A stretch of 64,000 nucleotides of DNA, from the NCBI GenBank assembly GCA_051313645.2, contig JBNRSN020000008.1:82088001-82152000 (forward strand), given 5' to 3'. The notes under the pieces are model-generated. The model was not told where the DNA came from. It did no database searches and saw only the letters and a program-made list of their open reading frames with translations. Source of the DNA: Centroscyllium fabricii (Eukaryota). The translations under genes were made by a program, and so were the position numbers. Shown piece after piece: positions 63,763 through 64,000 of the stretch. How positions within the stretch are numbered: position 1 is the first letter of the stretch; each line of letters begins with the position of its first letter.

Positions 63763-64000
63763 GTTTAATAATACCTCTCTGTAATCTGGACTTTTTGATA
63801 AACCGGCACCATGGCAGTCCCGTTGGTGCCGGATAAAAAAGAGTTTCCTGTAATTGCTTTTAAAGAAATAACATTTTGGGAATCCAGTTGGCCCTGAATT
63901 TGTATATCAAAACATTGTCTGACAGATAGGACATACTGTACATCCATGACCTTTCAACGGTTATATTTCTGATTTTGCCCAGCCTATCAACAGGGAGTAC

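Overview
Eukaryotic (vertebrate) DNA, very likely a cartilaginous fish, inferred from HE1-type V-SINEs and abundant CR1. The window lies inside an LRP2/megalin-like gene on the + strand: three phase-1 exons of 108, 123 and 117 bp, each encoding one LDLa repeat. Its introns are packed with nested transposons. These include four full-length copies and one partial copy of a compact Ty3/Gypsy lineage (families called A and B here, 5-bp TSDs), a remnant of a related family C, and one CsRN1-type Gypsy carrying a 1.7-kb solo-LTR-like insert. Also present are CR1 and Rex1 LINEs, V-SINEs, PIF/Harbinger and Tc1/mariner-type elements, and Penelope-type minimal hammerhead ribozymes. The most striking signal is in the A/B lineage. 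It has no tRNA primer-binding site; instead the PBS position is perfectly complementary (13-15 bp, covarying across five copies) to the element's own LTR poly(A)-signal segment. Its RT active-site motif is YLDN rather than YxDD, and its polypurine tract sits in a conserved hairpin. All coordinates and mismatch counts were read by eye; no database searches were run.
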